64,000 bases of DNA from Octopus bimaculoides (taxonomy: Eukaryota), in NCBI RefSeq assembly GCF_001194135.2, contig NC_069000.1, positions 46,998,130 to 47,062,129 of the forward strand, read 5' to 3'. The notes under the pieces are model-generated. The model did no database searches. It saw nothing but the letters and a program-made list of their open reading frames with translations, and had not been told where the DNA came from. Below, piece after piece: positions 26,281 to 50,404 of this stretch. How positions within the stretch are numbered: position 1 is the first letter of the stretch; each line of letters begins with the position of its first letter. The translations under genes were made by a program, and so were the position numbers.

Positions 26281-27200
26281 ATTATATAAACGGGATGTGC
26301 ATACACACACACACACACACAATGTGAGTGTGACGACAAAAGAAGTATTCCTGAACATCGATGGAAATGGACGGCTACTCTACACATCAGATTTCAAGTT
26401 TCTGTGTCAATGAATCAATGATGACGTTCAGCGTTCATCAGGTTATCGCTCGAGAAGTGCCTTTTGCCAGGCCCACGATGCAAGGGCGCCCCTTCGATGC
26501 AGTTCTAACGAAGTACGACTCTAATGTTTACAACTGCGAATCCTGGAGGGCTGTAAGGCAAAGTTAACCGCAGTAGAAACTGAACTCAGATATCTAAGAC
26601 TCGTAACTCAATACGACAAACACTTCACCCAATACTCTAGCGTTTCTCTCAAATCACAACCATTTAGCCAGATGCTCTGCCGATTCCATCAATAGTAATA
26701 ATTTTTATTCTTTAATTAAAACAATTATACAAGGAGGATGGAAAACATATCAGACAACAGTGGGATTTGATCTCAAAAAATAGTGAGGGAAGGANNNNNN
26801 NNNNNNNNNNNNNNNNNNNNNNNNNNNNNNNNNNNNNNNNNNNNNNNNNNNNNNNNNNNNNNNNNNNNNNNNNNNNNNNNNNNNNNNNNNNNNNNNNNNN
26901 NNNNNNNNNNNNNNNNNNNNNNNNNNNNNNNNNNNNNNNNNNNNNNNNNNNNNNNNNNNNNNNNNNNNNNNNNNNNNNNNNNNNNNNNNGGGGAGGGGGA
27001 GGAGTTTAGGAGACAGAGAAAAAGAAGAAGAAGAAGAGCAGCAACAGCAATAATAATAATGGTTCCTTTATTATTATTATTAATAATGATGATGATGATG
27101 ATGTCCGTTTGTTTTGTGTGTTGATGTGATTAAGTCTATGGGTGCATGCAGAAGCACGCATGGGTCTGACATAGGATGACTCCTGTATATGAGTGCGAGG

Positions 27201-27290
<90 letters not shown>

Positions 27291-27461
27291 CGGTCCCAAC
27301 ACCACACACAGACACACACACCAATGTCTTCATATGTTCATCAGTTAAGAGGAGTTTTCAACATATTTGCCAATGTCCAGCATTGCCAAGGTGCCTGGCC
27401 AAATGTTGCCACTTAATAACCAGCCCAACCCACCCATGCCCTCCCTGCTGAAACTAGTTAT

Positions 27462-27956
27462 TTACATGTCTTCCACACTCCACTTGTAGGCCATCTGTTC
27501 CGTGGCTTTCTTCTCCGCAATCTTCGCATACAGTTGGGTTTCGTAACCATTCGAACGGTCCACTCCATCCCATCTGTAACCAGGCTGGATGTTGTACCTG
27601 TTAGGGGGCGCCGGGGGACCCTTATACATTGGTTTTTCTAGAAAAAGAAATGCAAGAAGAAAAAAAGGGGTCAATTAAAAGTTTTAAAAAAATTAAACAA
27701 ATTGTAAAACAATAAAATTTTCAAGGATGGAACTGTTGTCATAGGAGCAGGTGACGATGGGGATGATGTAGGTTGTTGATGCTTAAGAGTAAGGGGGCAG
27801 GTCTCGAACCCCAAACCTTGTGTCACACCAGGGTTGATAGAATGTCGATTGCAGACCCTTCCATCAGCATGATCACACCGTACATGCACATACCTAATCA
27901 ATAGATGCATTGTACACACAAACACACAGCTATATATTACATAAACAGACACACAG

Positions 27957-27992
<36 letters not shown>

Positions 27993-28290
27993 CTGAACAA
28001 ACAAACCAAACTAAGACAAATATAAAATTCACCTTTCACATTTTTGTCTGGTTTCTTTTTCTTCTTAATAAAGGCCAACATTGGATCTTCAGGTCTAATT
28101 TTCTCCCTCAACATCTGGTCAAGATCTTTATCATCTTTATATCTGGCCAGAGGTTTAGACATCTCATAGACAGAATCTTGAACAGCTTGTTGTTGCTGGG
28201 CTTTCTGTTTTAAACTGACCATTCAACAATAAAAAGAAAAGCAGGTTAGAAAACACAATACACATAATATTTTTATGTGTGTATATATAT

Positions 28291-28338
<48 letters not shown>

Positions 28339-31300
28339 AACTTACTTGGAAATGGATGCGTGGCGTTCGATCATATAATAATATAAATAATATAGATATA
28401 TGCATATATCCATACATATATGTACATACTTACATCTATATATATAAATACATGCATACATGGGCACAGGACATCACAAAAAAACGTTAAACACAACGAG
28501 AAACGAAAATATAAAAATGAAAACAGAAAACGAACTTTTTTCGAACAACGAAAACAAACAAACAGAGAAACGAGACATGCAACATAAGGAGTATATCCCT
28601 TCGTCAGTTGTCCCTGGTCCATCTACTCTGCGTTTCGAAGGCAAGGACAATACGCGACTTCGTTGGAACAGTCCTTCCCGCAAAGCAAATTAAATAATAT
28701 ATATATGCCCCACAGAGGGCATACATAAGCCATTATAAACATGCGAACAAATTATATACAAAGACATATATATATATATANNNNNNNNNNNNNNNNNNNN
28801 NNNNNNNNNNNNNNNNNNNNNNNNNNNNNNNNNNNNNNNNNNNNNNNNNNNNNNNNNNNNNNNNNNNNNNNNNNNNNNNNNNNNNNNNNNNNNNNNNNNN
28901 NNNNNNNNNNNNNNNNNNNNNNNNNNNNNNNNNNNNNNNNNNNNNNNNNNNNNNNNNNNNNNNNNNATAAATATACAATATCAATCACAATAATACTGGC
29001 ATTTGTTAGAGAGACGAAAGTTTGCTCCCCACGCTACCCAGTAACCAAGGGAGCTAACTCTAAAATAAAAGATTACAGTTATCTCCCTTCAAAAGACAGT
29101 CTTTGACAATTATATTGGTTTCGACTTTTGGCACAAGGCCAACAACTTCACGGGAAGGTGCAAATTGATTGCATGGACCCCAATGATCGAATGGTACATA
29201 TTTTATCGATTTCGAAAAGATGAGAGGCAAAGTCGACCTCTACGGAATTTGAACTCAGAATGTAAAGAGTCGGACGAAATGCTGGCAAGCGTTTTGCCCG
29301 GCTTGCTAACGCTACTTGCCAGTAAGCCTTCTTACAGTGTCGATTATATTGCTATCATGTAACATAGTCGTGAAAAGGCCCGTGTACCGCGCACGCGCGC
29401 ACATACCGTTAATTATTGAGTTTTTACAGTATTCTCATTCAGCGTCTGATCTAAGCAATGTCCAACACATCAAACAGTTTTATTATACATTACATAGTTA
29501 TATAATACATCATAATATATTACATTATATTATACATTATAAGGTTATACAAGTATTATACGATTGGTGGAAACTGGGTGTGGTGAATGGTGGGCGTGGA
29601 TGGGGAGGGCAGAAAAGAGGAAAAATACAAGGACACTCACCCTTTCCCCCATTCGGCGTATTTAGCATCCTTCTCAGCTTTCTTCTTCTGCTCCTCTTCC
29701 TTCTTGGCGAGTTCTTGCCTCATGTCACGTCTACGTCCTGTAGATCGATCCCGGATCACAGTCTCCGCATCTTTACCTGATACTGAGGTATCCATCTGCG
29801 TAAACGGTGTAATGGAGCAGAGTTAATAACAGCTTTATCTACACATTACCTGGAGTTGGGGGACGGAATACTGTTGCAATGATTGGTGGGGGGGGGAGGG
29901 ACTGAACTTTGTGAAAGAGGGACATGGGGCCGAAACAAATGGAGAGAGACTCAATGGAGAGAGACTCTTGGAGAGAAGAGTCATCTCTAAACCATAAAAA
30001 AGAAGCATTAAAAAATGGACATAAAAATGATGATAAGTGTGAGTAGACACACACACACACATATATATATATGTGTTTGAGAAACCAAACAGCAAAAACA
30101 CTTAGAATATGAAAGTTTGTTGCAAAAAGTGTGTCTTTTTAGGATTTTTTATGTAAATAAAGAATTTTTATTTTAAGAAACTCTTTAAATATTGTGAATA
30201 TATAAAGAATATTTTACACACATGCACATACATACATCACCATCATCATCATCCTATTTACATTTATTTTTCTATGCCTGCATGGATTAGGTGGATCTTC
30301 TCCCCCAACACATGTATTTTTCTGTCATTTTCCTTGTGAGGTTCAACAGCCTGAGATCAACCTTCACTATTTCTGTCTACGTCTACCTTGGTCTTCCACT
30401 ACTTTCTCCCACATGGCACTTCTTCACTCACCTGTCATCATCCATACACATCACTTCTTCTGGACCTCGTTTCTTCGTACACACTGACATCTCACATCCA
30501 ACACAACACACTCACATCATTCTTTTACCAACCGATGCACATCCTCCGTATTCAATGTCCACGTCTCATTGCAAAGCAACAGCATACTTCATACACAAGC
30601 ATCAATCTGTCCTTCAGAGAGAAAGAATACAATTTGTGTGGGAGTGGAGGGGGGGACGTGAAAATTAACAGCAAGGGAACAGAGAAACAAAGCTTTCTAT
30701 TTCTGCCAATCTTAACATTTCTATCTCTTGACAACCCTATTTTAATAAAACCCATAACAAAGAGAGAGAGAAACCTACCTGCTGAAATAACCTGTCTTCT
30801 CTCTGTCGCATGTGACGAATCTCTTTCCTCGTCTCCGCAGCTGAAGACAGACCAGCTCTAGTTCCTCCTAGAGTTCTTTGGGGTCTTCCTTTTCCATCAG
30901 CGCTTCGTGGTGATGCTGAAGAACTGTGACGGTGTCCATGACGAGGAGGAGAGAGATCAGAATCATCGTTGTCATGGGATCGTTGCGTTACATGCCGGTC
31001 CTTAGGGTAGGCACTAGAATGGTTATATCGTGATGGTGACATGTGACCAGGCCTAGAGCGTTTCGTTCGTTGTGGTGATGTTGTGGAGCCTCGATGGGAT
31101 GATCGTACAGGGGAGAGGTCAGAATCTGAGTCCATCACCTTCTTTTTACGATGAGATGAGTTGTCAGAATCCACTTGACGTTTTGGTGAGAGGGGGCTTG
31201 AATTCGCGAGGTGCCGATACCTGGAGCCTGAATATTGTCTTCGACGTGGAACTGGCTGATCGGAATCAGAGGACGAAAGATCAGAATCTGATTCGCGCTT

Positions 31301-33955
31301 GTTTTGTCTTAAAACCGATTGATCAGAATCGGAGTCATGCCTACCACGTCTCGGCAGAGAATGGTCGGAATCTGACATGTGTCGACTCTGTCTTGGCATA
31401 GAGTCTTCAGAGTCAGAATCATGTCTGCCGCGTCTTGGCATTGATTCGTCAGAATCTGATTGGTTCAGTGACCGTCTTCTATGCTTAGAATGCTGGTCAG
31501 AATCACTGGCTGACCCATGGTTGGGGGATTTATCTGAAGCTAGATTATGCCTGAGCCGTCTGCTGGGAGACCTTTCAGGACCCGAATCATCTTGACCATC
31601 AGAGCTATCACTGTTGTCCAGATTTCTATTCTTGTGGTCATCTTTTAATGACCGACCATCTTTGTCTGTGTTTGAACTGTGGTACCGCTTCTTTCTGTCA
31701 GTTGGCTGTTTTTTCTTCAAAGACATTCCAGAATCTGTGTTTGATAGATCACTTTTTGGAGACGCGTGATGGCTGTCATCCTCTATCTCTCCATCAGACT
31801 TGTCCGAGATGATCTCACCATCTTCAACTTTGTTTGCAACCATTTTCCATCGTTTGGCATCTTGGAACTGTTCTAATTGCTGGACAAGAACCGGACGCTC
31901 ATCAACATATTCTGCCACTGTTGGAAGATTTTCCTGTAAATCATCATCTAAGTTATTTCCAGCATTGTCAGGCATCAAAGACTTCAGGTCGACATCATCA
32001 TCAAATATCCGTGGCCTGCAACAACAACAACAAAACAGTGTTTAGAATGGAATGTTTACAAACATTTACAATAAAACATTACAGCACAGCAAAATCATCA
32101 TTACAATCATTATTATTATCATTATTGTAATTCATCTAACATCCATTTTTTTATGCTGGCATGGGTTGGACAGTTTGACAGGAGCTGACCAGCTCTTCAG
32201 GCTCCATGTCTGCTTTGGCAGGGTTTCAACAGCTGGATGCCCTTCTTAACACCAATATTATTATCTTTTACTGATTTCAGTCATTAGGCTATGGCCACGC
32301 TGGGACACCACCTTGAAGGGTTTAGTCAAACGTTTTTCGCTTTTTTAAGCTTGGTATTTCCTAGGACTAGAGTAGAGGACATTTTCCTAAGGTGCCATAC
32401 AGTGGGAATGAACTTTGAAAACTTGTAGTTGGAAAGCCAGCTTCTTACCACACAGCCATGGCTAATTAATCCTTCTTAAAAAGTGTGGGCCTTTTCACTA
32501 ATAAACAAAATATTTATTTACAATGAGCTTCACTTGTCCAATTTTTGCCAGTTGTATCTAAATCCCTTCTCTTCGGGGCTGACTCAGCTGTGTCCCCCAA
32601 CAAGAAATCTTATTCATGAAGGTCACACTTCTGCTTATCTTATCTCAATAGCTACATTAATATTTCTGAGAAATCTCTTATCTTGAAGGCTGAAATCATC
32701 ATCATCATCATCATCGTTTAACGTCCGCTTTCCATGCTAGCATGGGTTGGACGATTTGACTGAGGACTGGTGAAACCGGATGGCAACACCAGGCTCCAGT
32801 CTGATTTGGCAGAGTTTCTACAGCTGGATGCCCTTCCTAACGCCAACCACTCAGAGAGTGTAGTGGGTGCTTTTACGTGTCACCCGCACGAAAACGGCCA
32901 CGCTCGAAATGGTGTCTTTTATGTNNNNNNNNNNNNNNNNNNNNNNNNNNNNNNNNNNNNNNNNNNNNNNNNNNNNNNNNNNNNNNNNNNNNNNNNNNNN
33001 NNNNNNNNNNNNNNNNNNNNNNNNNNNNNNNNNNNNNNNNNNNNNNNNNNNNNNNNNNNNNNNNNNNNNNNNNNNNNNNNNNNNNNNNNNNNNNNNNNNN
33101 NNNNNNNNNNNNNNNNNNNNNNNNNNNNNNNNNNNNNNNNNNNNNNNNNNNNNNNNNNNNNNNNNNNNNNNNNNNNNNNNNNNNNNNNNNNNATATGATC
33201 ATTGCCAGAGCAGCGGTCTGGCTTCTGTGCTAGTGGCCCGTAAATAGCACCATTTGAGCGTAATCGTTACCACCGTCGCCTTACTGGCACTTGTGCCGGT
33301 GGCATGTTAGAAAATCATTCGACCGAGGTCGTTGCCAGTGCCGGTGACATGTAAAAAGCACCCACTACACTCTCACAATGGTTGGCGTTAGGAAGGGCAT
33401 CCAGCTGTAGAAACTGTGCCAGATCAGATTGGAGCCTGGTGCAGCCTTCTGGTTCGTCAGTCCTCAGTCAAATCGTCCAACTCATGCTAGCATGGAAAGC
33501 GGACGTTAAACGATAATGATGATGATGATATATATATATATAACATTGTATGCACACATGCATAGTGTGTATGTACAGCCTGAAAGATTGCTTGGAGATA
33601 TATGGCATGGTATATAAATCTGCCAAATTATTTTATCTCAAAAGCATACAACTATTAGGAGCTCTTTTGTAAATTGTGAATATCAAATCATTACCGATAT
33701 TCATCTGTTGCCGAGTGGAGTTCTTTTTTGTTGATTCTAGCTATAACGGAACGGCAAAGTGTACAGATATATATATATATCGCTTGACAACCGATGCTGG
33801 TGTATTTACGTCCCGTAACTTAGAGGTTCGGCCAAAGACAGATAGAATAAGTACTAAGCTTGCAAAAGAATAAGTCCTGGGGTCGATTTGCTCGACTAAA
33901 GGCGGTGCTCCAGCATGACCATAGTCAAATGACTGAAACGAGTAAAAGAACATAC

Positions 33956-33992
<37 letters not shown>

Positions 33993-34776
33993 CTCATACA
34001 CACACGTTTGACTATACAAACAGGAGATAATGTACCGAATAGATGGATACATGTCATTGAGTGCATTCGTTTTAAGCAGATGAATTCCTCTGTCGTTACT
34101 CAGAGTTTTTCGTTGCGTAATAAGATATTGTGCAAGGACATTTGTGAATCGCACATTTATCAGATTAGCTGACTATAAATAAGAAAGGGATAACAGGAAA
34201 AATACGACCCACAACTGAAAGTAAGATAATGTTTATTAGTAATTAATACAGGCACTTGAAACAACCAAGGATTTAAACTACAGCGGTGTATACACAATTA
34301 TGAATTGTATACAAACTTTGAAACGGCACAAGTTTCTCGGAGAAACTTTTCTAAGAGACTTTCGTGTTAGAAACACGACATCGCTCCATGTTTGGGGTAG
34401 TTTATTTACCATAACACCCAGACACACACATTGCTGTTCTGTTCTTCTTCATAAATCACCGATAATCGATAACGATTGTGAAGATAAATACTAAACAAAG
34501 ACTATAAAGGTACAAACACGTGTGTGTGTGTGTGTGTGTGAATGTGTTTCACACTTTTAACGGCAGAACAACAGAACTGTGTCAAGTTTATCACACTATA
34601 AACAAGAATAAACGGTTATCAGACTGCTTCCTATTAAAGTGGATACATGTAATTGTTAAAGGATTATGTTGGTTTTACCTGGGTCCCTTTTTAATCTTCT
34701 TCCTCTTCTTCTTCTTGTCACATTCGTCCGAGATATAACGTTTCAGATATTCACTTTTACTCACAGACGCCATCAT
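27462..34776 (-). CDS. BUD13: BUD13 homolog (RES complex pre-mRNA splicing/retention factor), 5 coding exons, about 615 aa
   Basis: Exons 34679-34776 ([32 protein letters not shown]), 30779-32015 ([11 protein letters not shown]...[12 protein letters not shown]...Ser/Asp/Arg-rich repeats), 29641-29795 ([20 protein letters not shown]...YAEWGKG), 28033-28214 (LKQ...[20 protein letters not shown]...DPML) and 27462-27637 ([33 protein letters not shown]...WSVEDM*). All introns are GT-AG, phases are consistent and the total is 1848 nt. The N-terminal SKxEYLKRY and C-terminal [20 protein letters not shown]...WSVEDM motifs are characteristic of BUD13. Confidence 0.96.
29117..29330 (-). mobile_element. 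SINE family A in BUD13 intron 3
   Basis: Diverged reverse-complement copy. Confidence 0.75.
30240..30625 (-). mobile_element. Old RTE LINE 3' end in BUD13 intron 2
   Basis: The degenerate peptide SLKDRL...[25 protein letters not shown] is followed by a 3' UTR and a (GAT)n tail. Confidence 0.65.
32270..32462 (-). mobile_element. SINE family B, internally deleted
   Basis: Head and tail segments are both recognisable. Confidence 0.6.
32697..32924 (-). mobile_element. Young RTE LINE 3' UTR with (GAT)n tail, cut by an N gap
   Basis: Reads identically to the copies at 55629 and 56987. Confidence 0.8.
33190..33530 (+). mobile_element. RTE LINE 3' UTR with (GAT)n tail, opposite orientation to the 32697 copy
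   Basis: ggttggcgttaggaagggcatccagctgtagaaact...atgctagcatggaaagcggacgttaaacgataatgatgatgat. Confidence 0.8.
33780..33950 (+). mobile_element. SINE family B, 3' half
   Basis: cgcttgacaaccgatgctggtg...aaggcggtgctccagcatgacc. Confidence 0.8.
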
Positions 34777-35231
34777 TCACAGTAGAACTCTCCTCTTTTA
34801 ACCGTTCAAAGAAAGACGTCGTTCGCATTTACCTCCCTTCGTCTGTCTCTCTCTCTTTGTTTCTCCTTCTCTCATCGCACTTGAATGGCCTTTATCATCG
34901 TCATCGTCATCATCGTTGCCGTCGTCGTTATCATTATTATTGACTTCCTTGTTGTTGTCGTCGTCGTCGTCATCATCATCATCGACATCATGAACAAATA
35001 AAGGAATCCGTTGACCAGAAATGAGGAACCTTTTCAACGCCCAGGATGGATTTCAAGCACAGCTGAGCTTGGAGGGAAGAAGGTGAAGGGATGCCCTCCT
35101 CAAAAAAATTATAATCTTTAATTTTGAGAAATCCAAAGATTAGCAGACCGTCACAAGAAACAACTTTGATTAAAATGTTGTGATGCCTCAATTAAACAGA
35201 TGAGTTGAAATACTATTAAGTACCAAAGAAC

Positions 35232-35441
35232 TCAAGCTGTCATAGAATATAATGAGTGGTGGCCAGGAATCCAAACATATTTAATGAAAATATGGTCAGC
35301 AATGAGATGACTGCAAGAAAGTGAAACAGAATATGATCCAGTGGATAGCTTGAAAAGTTGTAGAATAAATTTCTTGTGGTGGAGACATGGAGAGATCAGC
35401 TCTGATTTAGAAATTGAGAGATTCAGAGATTGCCTAAGCAC
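35232..35441 (-). mobile_element. Possible non-LTR retrotransposon RNase H remnant
   Basis: FILQLFKLSTG...IFIKYVWIPGH resembles the WIPxH motif of LINE RNase H domains. Short and decayed. Confidence 0.4.
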
Positions 35442-35618
35442 GCTGAATTTTTCAGATAAGCGTAGTTAGCACTTGTTGCCATTGATGTAAGTAGGAGAAG
35501 ATTCTACGAGTCCTTTGTTTAACAAACCTTACAATGTCACAACACATTGCTACATTCAATTTAGAGTTCCTTCAAAATTTCTTTAAATTCTCAGTTGTTT
35601 TTCCTGTCTCCTATAATC

Positions 35619-36055
35619 CTTTCTATTATAGGCACAAGGCCTGAAGTTTTGGGAGGGAGATAGTCGATTACATCGACCGTAATAGTAATACTTATTTTAT
35701 CGACCTCCAAAAGGATGAGAGACAAAGTCAACCTCGGCAGAATTTGAACTCAGAACATAAGGACGGACGAAATGCCGCTATGCACTTTGTCCGGCATACT
35801 AACGGTTCTGCCAGCTCGCCACCTTCTTGTCTCCTATAATAATAACAATGGCTTCAAATTTAAGCACAAGGCCTGTAATTTTGAGGGGAGGGGACTAGTT
35901 TATACCATCAACTCCAGTACTTGACAGCTACTTTATTTGATCAACATTAAGAAGATGAAAGGCAAAGATGGCTTTAGTGAGATTTGAACTCAGAATGTAA
36001 AGAGTTGAAAGAACAATCCCAAATCGGTTTACAGAGGCTCAAACAATTCTGCCAA
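35619..36055 (-). mobile_element. Two tandem SINE family A copies in the divergent promoter interval
   Basis: Copies at about 35619-35826 and 35850-36055. Confidence 0.8.
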
Positions 36056-37138
36056 AGGCAACAATAATAATTGACAGCGGCCCTTAAATTCTGTAGGAAG
36101 GATACAGTCAGTTACGTATTGATGGTACTTTAACAACTCATGATGGATGGAAATTGAAGTTAGTCTGGGAATACAAAGGGACGTAACTTAAAATCATACG
36201 TCCAGCCTTTTGCCACTTCCGACACTTATGGCTGCCTGGCTGGGTTTTTCAGTCACACTTCACATGATATAGAGAGGAGAGGTGGGAGAGACAGAATTAA
36301 CATAAGAAATGCAAGATGGAAGTACATACTAGGTTTGGTGACAGGCAATGAGTAAAGAAATGCTACATACACGCAGAGAAAGAACCGTAGAGACAAAGGA
36401 AGAAGTAAATGACAGGGTAGTAATGGTAGGAGATATACAAATGAGAAATTTTATTTTAAGGTAATAAATATATTTACTTTAAAAATTAGTATTCATTTCA
36501 TCATTTTATATAAACACCAAGAAATTTGATAAAAGCTAAATCATGATTATTGTATGTACGTCATCTTCCCTGATATTATCCCATGGTGACAAAATATACT
36601 TTCAAAGTTTGGCAGAGCAAACCTATGGTCAAAGACTTTCAGCCGCGATCATTCTTTACTCCAAGGTGAAATGTTTTTTAAGACGACAGTATATATGAAT
36701 TGAGCAAAATTTTGCTGCTATTTCTAACGAGTCAAGCGACCACGTACATGCTCCTCGTTTTCTCTGTCTGTCACCAGGTCCAGCATAAATACAAAACATT
36801 ACTGAGGAGGAGGAGGATTCTTATTATTGTTGTTGTCGTTGTTTTTTGCTTTTAAGCGTTTAAAAATATTGATAAATCGATTAATCTCTAAATATGTTTT
36901 TGTGAAGCAGCCGACAGTTTTTAGTACGAAACTAAGAAAGGAAGTTGTGTGTGTCAGGAAGATGGCCGTCATAATGTGAATCCAGCTGATAAAGTCGGAA
37001 ATTGAGAAACATTTGGAGATATTTATCTCTCTATTCCTATATGTATAATCTGTATATATATCAACATTTATAAGTAAACCTATTGCTGCCGTAGAAGACA
37101 GTCTTTCAGTCTCTTTCTGCCTCTCTGTCCGGTTAATT

Positions 37139-48868
<11,730 letters not shown>

Positions 48869-50404
48869 TTCTTGTCTAAGTTTACCTTGGACTCTGTTAA
48901 TTAGAACAATGATAAATTTATTTTGGCAATTTATTGGTCTTTGTTTCTTTGTTTTGTATTTGTACAAATATATAGTACAAATAGTGCAATATATTTGTAC
49001 TATTGCATTCCTGTACCATCAATGCTGTACTCTTGTACTTCTGATGCACACCTGCATTGCAAGCACTGTGCAACTCCATGTTGGTATCCATATGTGATTG
49101 TATTTAAAAAATTTCTAATTACCCGCCAAAGTCAAGATGTCATTTTAATGAACCAATCCATTTAATTTCCCTTCAGAAAGGCACAAATATCTTGGCATCC
49201 CATTTCTCCTCCCTAAAACTGAAAAGATGTTTGAAATTCCTGAAACCAAGAAATATTGAATATCAGAGCTGATTTGAACTTGAAATCTGTGACACAGCAG
49301 TTTAATTCTTTTATTTATTTTTTTTTCTATTTTTTTTTTTCTATTAATCAAAATTCCAAGATGAAAATGTCTCACCATCCACAGCATCACTTCTACGCAC
49401 AGATTCCATACCTCTCATACCCCAGCATCAGTCAACCATGGTACTGATGATGGTGATGATCAATTTCTTGGAGAAATTTGTACAAGTTTGTTGACAGCAT
49501 ACTTCCTGGCCTGCCAACATCACCTCTCTTCCACTGTAACAGTTTCTTTTGAAAAACCTGGTAAAAGTGATGACATATTTTGCTGTGTGTGTGTGTGTGG
49601 CAATGACTTTCTCTATAACAATACAATGATATCCGATGAGTTTACATGGTGCCAAATGTTGATGATGTTGGTGATGTTGGTCAAGTGACCACAGCTCACT
49701 GCCACCTCTGCAATGTGTGTTGACCGCCTCCCTTTACTATTGGATCCTATGGACTGGATTCTTACTCCTCTCTTGGTCTTTACTTACGTCATCCTTCACT
49801 TCCACATTGTTCTGCTAAACAAAAAAGTAACTATTAGGAATGCTATAATTTTTCTCAGTTTTACAGAAGACAAAAATTTTTACAAGAAAGGGACTTCAAT
49901 CCACCCCAATTGCTGGGTGTTGCTTATATCAAGGATCTCCCTCCTGGTGATCACAACGTAACAAGTGGTCATTCTCTTTTGTGCCAAAAGGTACTTTAAT
50001 CCTCAACAGTTTTTGATTCTCTGCAAAGGTTAAGACTACTACTGCATGACCGGACATCATTGATAAACATCCAGAAAACGAGTCGCTTGACTGATTTGTA
50101 TAAAGTTACACACAGAGACTAACTCACAGACTTGCTGTGTCTCCTCTTTCAACCTCTTCTACAATGACCACTGCTCTTCAAAACTAACTGGACTCTTACC
50201 ACTTCCCCGCGAGTATTCTTGTCCCTCCCACTTCTCCTTTTCCCATCACATTTGTTATATCCAACCCCCATCCAGCCCCACACTAATGATCCCTATAACC
50301 GTTCCTTCCTCCCCCAAAAAATTGTCCCTCTGGAATCCTCTCCCTCTTCATGGCTTTTTTCACAAGTGTTGACTTAAGAAAATCCAAGAGGAACATTAAT
50401 GCCC

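Larger units (their letters stand above)
34777..37138. promoter_or_regulatory. Divergent (bidirectional) promoter / 5' UTR interval between BUD13 and ASCC2
   Basis: The two start codons point away from each other and are 2.36 kb apart. ETS-like GGAAGT lies at 36940 and YY1-like AAGATGGCCG at 36959. TSS positions cannot be determined from sequence alone. Confidence 0.55.

Noticed and set aside
26361-26567. 68-aa ORF in a small unique island downstream of BUD13
   Set aside because: No recognisable motif, no usable splice pair, and stops in all minus-strand frames.
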